Assembly: GCF_006345805.1 (NCBI RefSeq)
Contig: NC_043002.1
Span: 103,540,001 to 103,604,000, forward strand
Direction: 5' to 3'
From: Octopus sinensis
Lineage: Eukaryota
DNA: 64,000 nucleotides
The position numbers were made by a program, and so were the translations under genes. Under the pieces are notes generated by a model. The model was not told the origin of the DNA and did not search any database. It saw only the letters and a list, made by a program, of their open reading frames with translations. This document shows positions 51,531-64,000 of this stretch, in pieces (position 1 is the first letter of the stretch; each line of letters starts with the position of its first letter).

Positions 51531-52809
51531 TGTATTTATGTATTTATGTATGCATGTATGTATGTATTTGTGTGCGTGGGATGTACTTGGAAGAATCAGT
51601 TCTGGGATCGATTTGTTCGACTGCAGGCATTGCCTCCAGTATAGCCACAATCAAATGAATGAAAAAGTAAAGAAATAAAAGAATAAAGAATGTAATTATG
51701 TCTGTAAATAAAGAGTGTCTGAAGCGATGCACAGATATTGTATACTGAGAAAAAAAGATGCAGTCATAATTTTGGAGATTTCTTTATTGGCGCTTCCGTT
51801 CCCTTAACCGAAATCTTGAAGACAAATTTAAAATCCGAATGATAAAAGCAAAACGTTTCCTTCTTTTATGTGAATGGAATATTTTTTTAGTTTGTTTAGA
51901 AGAGGAGAATTTTTCTTTTTTTTTGGGGGGGAGAAAGAAAATAACATAAGGAGCAGAGTAATCGAGAAAGAAATGTAAAGAAAGGATAATAGAGAAAGAG
52001 AGGGTGGGTTATTTTTAATTAAACTGTTTGTTTTGAAGACAATGGATGAAGAAGAAAAAAGCAAAAAAACTATATTTTGCTGGGCAGAACAATGGCGAAA
52101 AAAGAAGAAAGGTACAAGGATGTAGGGGTCAATAGAGAGATTTCTTTTCAATTTGATTGTGGTCAGCCCATTGAAATTTCATTACAAAGCATCTTATTTC
52201 TATTCTCTCGCTTCCACCTATTTCCCTTCTCATTGTATACTTATCAATATGATTGTAAACAAACATCTCCTTATGGTGGGAGAGAATGGTTAGATGACCT
52301 TTCAAGGTGTCAAATTTAGGAAGTAGGATGGAAAAGATGAGGAAAGAGAAGAAACATATGTTGGTTCGTAAGTGTGTGCAGTTCTCATTGTCGAGTTTGA
52401 AAATAATAAGAGCTCAAAGACCAATGAAAATGTGCATTCCTTCACACCTGTGGAGCCAAATAACATATTTTGTGTAATTTCACGTTTTGCCCAAATAAAC
52501 ACTAAATATTAGTACAACATTCCGGCAAGTGCATTATTCGCCTACATATTACTTTTGCTCAACAGAATTTTCTTTATTTTACACTATCATTATAGAAGAG
52601 AAAGATCTTACAACATTCTAAAGATATCTAGATAAATTTCTCCTTGAAAGTCATCTAGAGAAGACAACTGTATACATGATAGTAGGAAAATCCAAATAAG
52701 TAGTGATACCATAAAGCTTCTGTAAAATGTGACTTAATAAGGGGAAATAGCAATTTAAACATGGTTCGCCGAAACAGTTACAAGTTTGTACATACATATT
52801 TATGTGCAT

Positions 52810-53700
52810 AAATATCTAGGCTCTGCCAAGGCGTTTTACAATGTTGATCATGAAAGGATATGCCACAAATTACGTGACTTTTGTATCACTGGAAACAGGA
52901 GGAAGGGTGGCGAAATAACATTTTAAAAGGCTGAAGTCAGACACTTGCAGTCGAGGAGTGGTCTCTCCTGGGAGGCATCAATTTACAACGGAGACACTCA
53001 TGCAACTCTACAGGGACCACCACTGTCTGTGGTGGCACTATCAGACATGATCTCAGCTATTTAGTCAGCCATTTTCATCTGCGTTTTTGGACTCTGACCT
53101 CAAACTAAAACTGCAAAATGACTTGAATGTAATATTCATATAAGCTGAACATACAGTGCAATGCTGCAAATATTCTTACAGTGCCAAAAATCAGATTACA
53201 GTGGGACTACACGAGACCAGTTTGTAGAGCAATCTCAGTGTCAGAATCAGCGCGTGACCTGGAAATCCACAAAAGTATTGATGCAACATTCTATGTGAAT
53301 ATTACGAAGATGGCAAGAATGTGCCGGTCAGTAGCTGAATAGATCCTGCAATCGTTCCAGATTACATGAGGTAATCCATTGTCACTGGACAAAGAAGATT
53401 TACTCAGTGAAACATGAGCTACTCAGAGAAGCTAAAGGAACTAAGGTTCTACTCTCTCGAGAAAGAGAGAGCGCGAAATCTGAGGAAATGACAATATTGG
53501 AGATCGATCCAGGAAGGGCTGAATTACAACTTTGGTAACAAATGCAATACCGACCAACGAGCTGGCAAGGCATTGTACCAAAGACCCTGTCTTCTCCATC
53601 TAGGAAAATGGACCCTGTACTAAAGTCAATTTATGTTTCAAGGGCTCACAAGAGTTCAGATCGTCCGATGGCAAACGGGCTAAGACAGTCTCCCAAAGTA
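52810..53700 (+). mobile_element. Degenerate CR1/L2-group LINE reverse transcriptase 3' portion
   Basis: YLGSAKAFYNVDHERICHKLRDFCITG (cf. YLDFAKAFDKVDH), SESARDLEIH (cf. VRDLGI) and MSYSEKLKELRFYSLEKER (cf. YxERLxxLxLxSLExRR). Confidence 0.8.
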
Positions 53701-53977
53701 CATTCAAGTATTAGGACTCTGTAGTTATCAGTGTATTTTGTCGATTTAAATAAGAGTTTTGACTGTTATTTCCAGCAGGTGGACATGCTTAGTATGCCCT
53801 TTGATCAGTTGTAATCCTTCAGCTATTTAATGATTTTTGTGGGGTCTGAAATTGCCTATAATATTGATTCTGTTATTATCAATTTTAAAATGTTACACTA
53901 GATAATAACAGTGTCAATGATATCTTCGAAAATTATTTTTTCGCGAATTATTTTCTTCTCGTGTATTATTTTCTCCG

Positions 53978-54011
<34 letters not shown>

Positions 54012-54156
54012 ATATATATATTTGTATGTAAGCATGGGAACAAGTGTTGTGTACCAAATAAAAATTTTATATTTTCGTATGTTAACACCTCATTCATTAT
54101 TTACTCAATGTTACATAATTAACTTCGATTTACATATATATATATATATATATATA

Positions 54157-54190
54157 TTAAATATGCTAAACACAGGCAGATAGATACACA

Positions 54191-54254
<64 letters not shown>

Positions 54255-54878
54255 GGATACAAAGTATTACGGAATACATTTGTATACTGATATAAAGAAG
54301 CTGAATAGAGAATCAAATGAGTCCTTTCAAATTACGATCGCCGAGAGTATTTAACCTGCCACTCCATCTTCAGAGCAATTTTAGAAACTGAAATATCTCT
54401 TTTAATCATAAAATAATTTTCTGTTAAAATATGTATCAACGCCCAGCTCTGAATAGCAATGTCTCGCTACTGCGGGCAGTGAAGCCTCTACCGATGTGCC
54501 GAATTTGTGATTACTTCATGTGACATATGCTTGTAAGCTATTCATACGCCAAGAAAAATAAACTTGCCTCTTTCAAATTTACGCCGAGGGGTTAATATGA
54601 ATGTATTCTAGAGATGTAAACGACTGTGAATGGTTTCAATGGAAACCTGTATCTTTCTATCAAACATTTGTGCTTTCGTAAATCATACAAGCTTTTGGAC
54701 GACTTCTATCTTACGCTGGTTCTAAAGTCTCTCACTTAAGAGGCTTCAATATATTTCGTATGAATCAATGTTTTCGAACATAAAGTCTATTCAAAGAAAC
54801 ATACCTACTTTATTGCTAATAAGGTTCTTATGAAAATCTAGGAAAAATTATATATTTACATTAGCCTGTAAAATATAT

Positions 54879-54909
<31 letters not shown>

Positions 54910-55057
54910 TGAATCTCAGTTTTTTTTATGCGCGAAACCACTGGAGTTAAATTGATGTTATTAAATTAATATCCAATTTTTCATATTTTTTACCCTCATT
55001 TTGATATATTATATATATATATATTAAATATGCTAAACACAGGCAGATAGATACACA

Positions 55058-55126
<69 letters not shown>

Positions 55127-55750
55127 ATACAAAGTATTACGGAATACATTTGTATACTGATATAAAGAAGCTGAATAGAGAATCAAATGAGTCCTTTCAA
55201 ATTACCGATCGCCGAGAGTATTTAACCTGCCACTCCATCTTCAGAGCAATTTTAGAAACTGAAATATCTCTTTTAATCATAAAATAATTTTCTGTTAAAA
55301 TATGTATCAACGCCCAGCTCTGAATAGCAATGTCTCGCTACTGCGGGCAGTGAAGCCTCTACCGATGTGCCGAATTTGTGATTACTTCATGTGACATATG
55401 CTTGTAAGCTATTCATACGCCAAGAAAAATAAACTTGCCTCTTTCAAATTTACGCCGAGGGGTTAATATGAATGTATTCTAGAGATGTAAACGACTGTGA
55501 ATGGTTTCAAATGGAAACCTGTTATCTTTCTATCAAACATTTGTGCTTTCGTAAATCATACAAGCTTTTGGACGACTTCTATCTTACGCTGGTTCTAAAG
55601 TCTCTCACTTAAGAGGCTTCAATATATTTCGTATGAATCAATGTTTTCGAACATAAAGTCTATTCAAAGAAACATACCTTACTTTATTGCTAATAAGGTT
55701 CTTATGAAAATCTAGGAAAAATTATATATTTACATTAGCCTGTAAAATAT

Positions 55751-55787
<37 letters not shown>

Positions 55788-55885
55788 TGAATCTCAGTTT
55801 TTTTTATGCGCGAAACCACTGGAGTTAAATTGATGTTATTAAATTAATATCCAATTTTTCACATTTTTTACCCTCATTTTGATAT

Positions 55886-55886
<1 letters not shown>
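54157..55886. repeat. ~870-bp tandem duplication (54157-~55008, 55024-~55886) with junctions in (TA)n
   Basis: Near-identical copies; differences mainly single-base indels. Confidence 0.9.
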
Positions 55887-55925
<39 letters not shown>

Positions 55926-55931
<6 letters not shown>

Positions 55932-56370
55932 GGTCATTACATAAATATTACGGGTTTTTTAATACGTTTTGTTTTTCAAAATTAAGATAAACAAAGTTAT
56001 TTATTAAATCTAAAATACACTCCTCTTCATTTTCTAGTATGCCCTCCCATTTATCTGGTAAACCTGCAAGCGGCTTTTCCAAAATTCACTTGTCAATGAT
56101 GAAAGATACTCTTACACTACTGTTCTGACCTCGTCTACATAATTCATATTTTTTCCCTCCAAATGATTTTGAAGACTGTGGAATAAAAGATAATCAGATG
56201 GGGTAATGTCCGGTGAAAGTGATGGATGGTGCATCGTTTCCTATCCAAACTGCTCCAGTATTTGGAATGACATCCATACTATATGTCTATATGTGGCAGA
56301 GCATTATCCTGATTGAAGAACACTTTTCCTCTTAAAACCTAAGATGATCGTTTTTCTTCTAGCGCTGATT
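55926..56370 (-). mobile_element. Mariner 3' fragment with terminal inverted repeat
   Basis: Minus translation: RGKVFFNQDNALPH..HHPSLSPDITPSDYLLFHSLQNHLEGK..LPDKWEGILEN. Terminus TATTGGGTCATTACATAAATATTACGGG next to TA. Confidence 0.8.
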
Positions 56371-56709
56371 TGAATGATTGCTTGAATGACTATATCTAAG
56401 CTTCTCTGCTATTTCCTAGGAGAGAAGCTTAGATATACTGCATTAATATTCCTCGCACTTTATGCTGAGCTGTTGCCTTTATTGAACTACTAAAGCAAAA
56501 TATACCGAAAATGGTCGTTTTTCATTTCCATCATACCTTTGAGAAAATAACTGTTAAAATTGAACTGCATTATTCCAAACCTCCACTAAAAATAAGTACA
56601 AGGTAAAATTACTACCTGCTTTTACAATAAGTTGATGTAGGCAGATTATCACGTCCTCTTCGATTTTAGTTCATGCAATTGACAAAACCGCATTATTTAC
56701 GGGATAACG

Positions 56710-56824
<115 letters not shown>

Positions 56825-56880
56825 TCAATGTTTAGTAACAGAGTGACTCAGGTCCGAATGATTCTTGCATTGGCACTTAC

Positions 56881-56974
56881 CAAACTAGACAAAGCTGGGG
56901 ATTAATTTCGTCCTGATTCAAGTACGTGATGTTGATAAACCACGAAAATGGGGATACTTGGATATCCATTAATC
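56881..56974 (-). CDS. Candidate 94-nt internal exon of an unidentified gene
   Basis: CTAAT..TTTATTCAG acceptor and G|GTAAGTG donor. One open frame: LMDIQVSPFSWFINITYLNQDEINPQLCLV. No homology recognised. Confidence 0.25.
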
Positions 56975-57409
56975 CTGAATAAAATTAGAGCGGGTTGTCT
57001 CGCCAATCTGTGACTTTCGTATGTTTTCATACCAAATGATTCGAAATTTCATGGCCCTCACACTGAATAGCAGCGTGCCGGCGCACAAGCAAAGCATATG
57101 TAATGACTCTATGCAGTCGATAATGTATATGTGTGTGTGTGTGTGTGTACGCGCACGCGTGTGTGTGTGTCTTACAGAAATAACGCTGATCTTGTAGGCA
57201 GTAAAATCTATTCCATGTTACAAGTCTGTCTGCGAAGTCAAGGGCATTTGTCTCAACTGTACAAACGTATCCAACAATGTCTTCACTGCTATGTCGAAAT
57301 CTCTAAGTAGGGTGTAACCCAAATGTCCTCGTTAGTAATTTATCATTTTCCAGGTAAGAACGGACGTAGTACATATACACATACAGCCCACGTATATATA
57401 CACATCTTG

Positions 57410-57450
<41 letters not shown>

Positions 57451-57549
57451 GTATGTATCAAAAGAAAAACAGGGCGCAAAGGATTCTGCGGATTCTATCA
57501 CCTATACCACTAGCTGGCATATACAGGTGCTTACAGTTATCAAGTATTC

Positions 57550-57561
57550 ACTCTGAATTTA

Positions 57562-57629
<68 letters not shown>

Positions 57630-57631
57630 AT

Positions 57632-57665
<34 letters not shown>

Positions 57666-57721
57666 GTATATAAATATATATGTATATATAAATATATATG
57701 TATATATAATATATATGTATA

Positions 57722-57771
<50 letters not shown>

Positions 57772-57880
57772 CATATAAATATATATATATGTATGTGTGT
57801 GCGCATAAATTGATATGTAAATATAGACAGATATATAAATAGATAGATAGATAGATAAAGAGAGATATATATATATAGAT

Positions 57881-57916
<36 letters not shown>

Positions 57917-57930
57917 ATAGATAGATAGAT
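57550..57930. repeat. (TA)n/(TAGA)n/(GA)n compound microsatellite
   Basis: Directly visible. Confidence 0.95.
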
Positions 57931-58393
57931 ACACATAAAGGCATATAAGGTCCATTTATATAAGTATGTAACCAAAAACGCCCTTAGCATGATTCTACAT
58001 CAACACCCTCATGTTAATGGGTGTAAACTTTCACATTTATATGTTTAATTGTCAATCTCTCTCGACTCATCCTCTCCCATTCTAATTTTGTCTACATATA
58101 TTTGTGCGTGTTATTGTGTCTGTGTGTGTGTGTGGTGTGTATTTGTTTGTTTGTGTGTGTGTGTATATATTTAATAACAAATTATAAAGGATCGCTATTG
58201 ATACTCACACACCATACACACATATATGTAATTGCATGTGAGACCGTGTGTATTTGCATAAGTATGATGTATACGGCGTGTTTTTGTAATATAGGACCCG
58301 ATAGAGACCGGTGTTAATCTTTAACGACGATTCTGCAAGAGCGGTAGTATGAGTAGTAGTAGTAGTAGTAGTGGTAGCAGCAGCAGCAGCATA

Positions 58394-58427
<34 letters not shown>

Positions 58428-58752
58428 GTAGTAGTAGTAGTATGTTCTGGCACTGAAATATTTGCCTGGGCCTTTCGTCGAAGTGATTTCCGGTTCAGGA
58501 CAGATTTTCCGAAATTGCTTCTCTTATTGCTCACAAGACCTTCTTCGTTTGCTTGGCTGAGATAACTCGCATATTAGATGTTGTTGCACATGAATGCCTT
58601 TCGTATTTCGTGAATTATGCTGTTTAGCCAACCATGAATATCTCTCCAAATTCCCAACTTATGAATATGTACCATGTATGAACGATGAACGCACACACAC
58701 AAAATCACATACAAGCATATTCATCTTTCAATATCTGTACATATATAAATTA

Positions 58753-58796
<44 letters not shown>

Positions 58797-58973
58797 ATAT
58801 ATATACAAGCAAGCTCAGATAAGCTACAGAGAAATTCCTTTATATATATTCGCATGAATATTAGTATGTATGCAAGAGTGTATATGTATGGACATATATA
58901 CATACTAACATTTTTAGGAAATAATATGCACACACACATATATATATGTAAATATATATTTATGAAATGGATA

Positions 58974-59010
<37 letters not shown>

Positions 59011-59199
59011 GTATGTATGTATTGCCGAAATAAGCGTTTATACTTTTATACACACACACAGACAAACCCATACGCATATACATTATTATATATGTGTGTG
59101 CGTCCAAATGTATGCATGTAACTTTTCCTACCTCACTATATAAATCCTTATACATTCAAAGAAATATATATACATCTTATATATATATATATATATATA

Positions 59200-59264
<65 letters not shown>

Positions 59265-59996
59265 GTATATGTATATATAAATATACATATATATATATAT
59301 ATATATGTATGTAGATAGATAGTCATATATATCTATATATACATATATATTTATATATGTATGTATATATAAATGTATGTATATATATATATATATTTAT
59401 GTATTATATTATATATATATATAAATATGTCTATATATATACGTATATATGCATATATAAGTGCATATATATGTGTTTGTGTGTGAGTGCCTGCGCGTGT
59501 CTGTGTATGTGTGTGTTTACACATTCATTTATATATCTACATATATGTGCATACATACATGAGCATAAATAATGGATGTTACTTCAATACTCTAGTGATG
59601 CGGATCTTCTGTGCTTGCCTGCAAAACCTTAACATATTGATAGTATATTGGAAAATGCTGTAGTTAATATAGCATCTTCCAGATGTAACATGTTTATTAT
59701 AACTGGTATTATTTACATTTGAAAGCTATTTTCCGTTATAGAATATTATTTGCCATACCCGGTGGCATATTGTTTCCTTGACAAGTAACCCATCAATGAT
59801 AGCGTTTATGAAATGAAAAATGAATAAAAGAGGGTAAAATATAGATAGAAATATATATGGAGATATTATATTCGGGGGAGGTAATTGAACGATTTTTGTT
59901 ATTATTGTTATTGTTTATTTTTTTCAGCCCATATTGCTGTCTCATATTATTTGTTTTATAATTTTTTTGGTGTTGCTCTAGGTCTTCACCATGATT

Positions 59997-60058
<62 letters not shown>

Positions 60059-60086
60059 GTTGTGTGTATGTGTATGTATGTATGTG

Positions 60087-60165
<79 letters not shown>

Positions 60166-60621
60166 ATACATACCTCTTTCACTTTTGTTAATATTCCGAT
60201 AATTGTTCAAATGGGAAACTTACAGCTAACCTAACCTAAAGTTTTTGTTTGATCAATACAGAAAGAAGAATATATTTCTTTCTTTATTACTCCCAACCTA
60301 ATTCCTATATTTCTTTCTCCATCGCCACCATCTCTTTCTCTTGTTTCTCCCTCCCTCTTTGTCTCTCTCTCTTTCTCAACCTCTTTTTCTGTCCCTATCT
60401 CTCTCTCTCTGTTCTGCAATTTTCATCCCTTCTGCAATATTTCTGGGTTTTCCTCCAAATTCTCGTTTCTTATATTGTCAGATGTTTTTTATCCCCCGTC
60501 ATGCATATGTACAAATATACATGCATACATACATACAAAAATATATATATGTATATATATATTCACACACACACAAATATATATATACACACGTACACAT
60601 ATATATAAATATGTACATGTA

Positions 60622-60661
<40 letters not shown>

Positions 60662-61528
60662 GTATATATGCATATACATACATGCAAACACGCATACGTT
60701 CGTGCATATATACATATATAGAAATATATATGCGTGATGTTTCTGTGTACACTCACTTTCTCTTATCATTTCATTCTCTCTCTCCTCTCTATTAATCTCC
60801 TTCTCTCGTGTATCGCTACCTTTTGTTGCCTTCCTGCAAGTCTCTGCCATCCTCTTATTCATTGTACCTTATATAATTTTTAACTGTTTGTATCTCACAC
60901 TATCTCTTTCATAACAAGTTCAGATGAGATTTTTATTGATATTAAAAAAAAGAAAAAAATTATGACATAAAACAGCAAGAGATAACATCATCTGTGCCAA
61001 TGTATAATATTTTAGGACACTTATCGAAAGAAGTTCGTGTGAATACAATAAATATGACGCTATATAAAAACAAAAACAAAAAAAATCCTAAAACAAAAAC
61101 AATGAATAAAATCAGATACTGTTTAAAGATAATCGTAGGAGAGTCGGCCATCATATACATATTTATAGACATATATTCATGAACACATATACATAGAAAT
61201 ATGCACATGTATATACTTGCATATACTTATAAATGTACCCTTACCATAAATATAACATTATTTTCGCATGTGTGTGTGTATTTGCAAATGATAATAACCC
61301 CCCAAAAATACACGTGACATATATTGAGAATACTAGACGTGCATGAATATATATATACACATGCGTTTACAAACACTAATGCAGTTGCATATGGAGACTA
61401 ATCTGCACATGTCTATAGATATGTAGGTATACATACATATATGCATATATGTATACAGTTGTATTCATATACACGTAAATGTATTTATGCATGTATTTAT
61501 GTATGTGTGCGTGAATATACATACATAC

Positions 61529-61577
<49 letters not shown>

Positions 61578-62071
61578 TAGACCCATGTTTTGGTACAAAA
61601 TTTGTATATGAGTGCCTACATGTACACATGTGATTGTATATAAAACATTCCATCCAGGAAAAAATACCCCCAACCGAAAGGGAAAGCAAAAACCTGATCG
61701 GTACATAAACTATCCATAAATTCCACTTTATAAAGCCCTATCTTTACAGGTATTTTCACTATCGTGCTTTAATATAACTGTATGCCCCTTCCATATTGAT
61801 AATATAGATAATAATGTTTCCCAATTTCCATTTTTCTCATCCTGTTTCGCTTCTTTTCCTTTCCCTTCAACCGTTTACTGTGTCCCTTTTAAACAACATA
61901 GTGAGTCGCTTGTTGTATTTCTTTTTAACGCTTTCCTTTCGTGAATTTATACGGAATCCTAAATATGATTGATATGCAATCGTGCATCATGAATACGTTG
62001 GATAAAATGGTATTAAAAATATTCTGCTCCTTACAATAAACAGTTTCTGCAGTGTTGTTGCACATATATTT

Positions 62072-62138
<67 letters not shown>

Positions 62139-62504
62139 ACAGTACTGCTGGTATGGATTTTAACGTATCCCCATAATTTACTACAAAATATCTGGTCTTA
62201 TAATTTTGCATTTATTAACAAAATTCGATAAGCTTAAAGAACTGTAAAAGCGTCGTGTGAGATAAATTGCGTTGGTTTTCTTTCCTGAACTTTATTCTCC
62301 ATGTTCAAATCCTGTGACACGTACGTTTACTTTTATCCCACTGTAGTCGACAAAATTTAGCAACTCCCCACTCTCAATAATCTACAACTCGTAAATCACA
62401 AACACACACAAACATATATATATATACATATATATACAAACATATATAGAATAAAATTGATAGATCTATTAGATTCGAATTTGGTCTCATGGCCAGCAAC
62501 TTCT

Positions 62505-62680
62505 GGGGTTGGGTTAAGTCGATTACACCGACCCTAGTATTCCACTAGTACATATTTTATCCATCCCGAAATATTATAAAGCAAAGTGGATCTCCGCGAA
62601 ATTTCAATTGGGAACGCAAAGACGGGCGAAATACTGCTATGCTTTTACAAGGCTCAGTAACGATTCCACCGCCTCGCCGC
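62505..62680 (-). mobile_element. Degenerate family C SINE
   Basis: AAGTCGATTACACCGACCCTAGT..CTAGTACATATTTTATCCATCCCGAA..GATTCCACCGCCTCGCC. Confidence 0.6.
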
Positions 62681-63832
62681 CTAGTTTGTGTTTATATCGG
62701 AATAAATGACTTAATGTATTTTAAGAAATGTTTAGGAGAGGTTGCCTCAGAATATGACAAGCGAACTAATTAGTCTCAAAATTCTTGAAAATTCCAAATG
62801 TTGGCACTCAAATAAAATCTGCTATCTACGGAAATAAGGAAGCTTGGAATCGTAAAGGCTTAATGATATCGTTGAAACACATATTACTTGGTCACTGTTG
62901 TATATGTTTGCTTTATAATTGTTCCGGTTATAGCATAACCATCCGTTTGTCTGGTCATTGCAGTAAGCACTCATTGTCAATAACCTCAGGCTGTAATCTA
63001 CACAGTCGAAAAAGAAGATAATGAAAGAAAGGTGGCTTGCATTATGATTCTGAAGGGGATTGGTATGCAACAAGTTCACATTTAGCTGAATTCTACTGAA
63101 TTGCCCCTTCCAGAAGTGTCCCTACCGAAGCATTCCCGAATTGCCCCTGCCGCAGCATTATCCGGTCAATATATACTATGGCGAAATTTGAGATATAGAA
63201 ACTGTACGGAAGTCAATAGCATCCCCACCCAATACCTATATTTTACAACAGATGCATAGATAGATAGGCAGACAGACAGACAGATAGACGGGAAAATACA
63301 TTCGAATGCAGTGGATACAGTGTAAGCCTGTGTTGTTTTACAAGCATGAGCTTGCGTGATATTGAATTCGAAGACTGAAGTAACATATGTAGTCTACAGT
63401 CTTTACATTTGACCTAGCGATTCGACAAATACAACGGACAAAACTAAGTAGTGCTATTCAGGGGTCATTCGTTGAAATCCTAGAAGGCGTTACTCTGTCA
63501 TGGTCGTAATCTAATGACTGAAACCGGTAAAAGTGTAAGTAAAGTTTTAATCGACTTTATACCTCTCCGAAATATTATGGTTTTTTCGCAACGCAAAATA
63601 ATAGCTGATATATTTCTTATTGATTTATGCGATATATATTCTATTGTATAGGCATTATCAAATGATCTTATGAAAATACATACGAGGGCAGGATCGGAAG
63701 ACTTTCAGAATAAATTTCCCACAACCAGTCCTACTCTTACTTTGATCTCTGTTGTCGATAAAATAACAGAATTTGTTATATATGCATACATAAATATACA
63801 TGTAGGTTATAATACGTACATACATGCGTTAT

Positions 63833-63890
<58 letters not shown>

Positions 63891-64000
63891 ATATATATGC
63901 TGAGCAAGCATGATAGATGTCCATATAGATTCGTAGGGTATTATATTGACAAAAATAGAATAAAATTGATAGCTGTATTGATTGTTTTTTTATATATATA

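Overview
Eukaryotic, AT-rich, repeat-dominated DNA with no recognisable intact host gene, rRNA, true tRNA or CRISPR array. The SINE families and very dense (TA)n/(TG)n/(TAGA)n/trinucleotide tracts suggest a coleoid cephalopod, most likely Octopus (inference from recalled repeat sequences, not a database search). Most listed ORFs are microsatellite artefacts. Interpretable content: two main tRNA-derived SINE families in many copies; degenerate Tc1/mariner, CR1-type, Tx1/L1-type and Penelope-like (PLE) remnants; two non-autonomous Helitrons with canonical ends; and a TTAA-flanked MITE. A 100-N gap is flanked by a 1.97-kb duplication, probably a contig overlap. There is also a ~0.87-kb tandem duplication and a ~0.5-kb-arm inverted repeat. 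Best leads: (1) a ~1.96-kb ORF1-only (gag/zinc-knuckle) non-LTR element with a 15-bp TSD and polyA signal, inserted in the tRNA-derived head of a SINE (27538-29526); (2) several classes of minimal hammerhead-ribozyme-like motifs, including an inverted pair whose consensus restores the catalytic core and a multi-copy family with a non-canonical CUGUUGA core. All protein and RNA-family assignments were made by eye and need HMM/CM confirmation.
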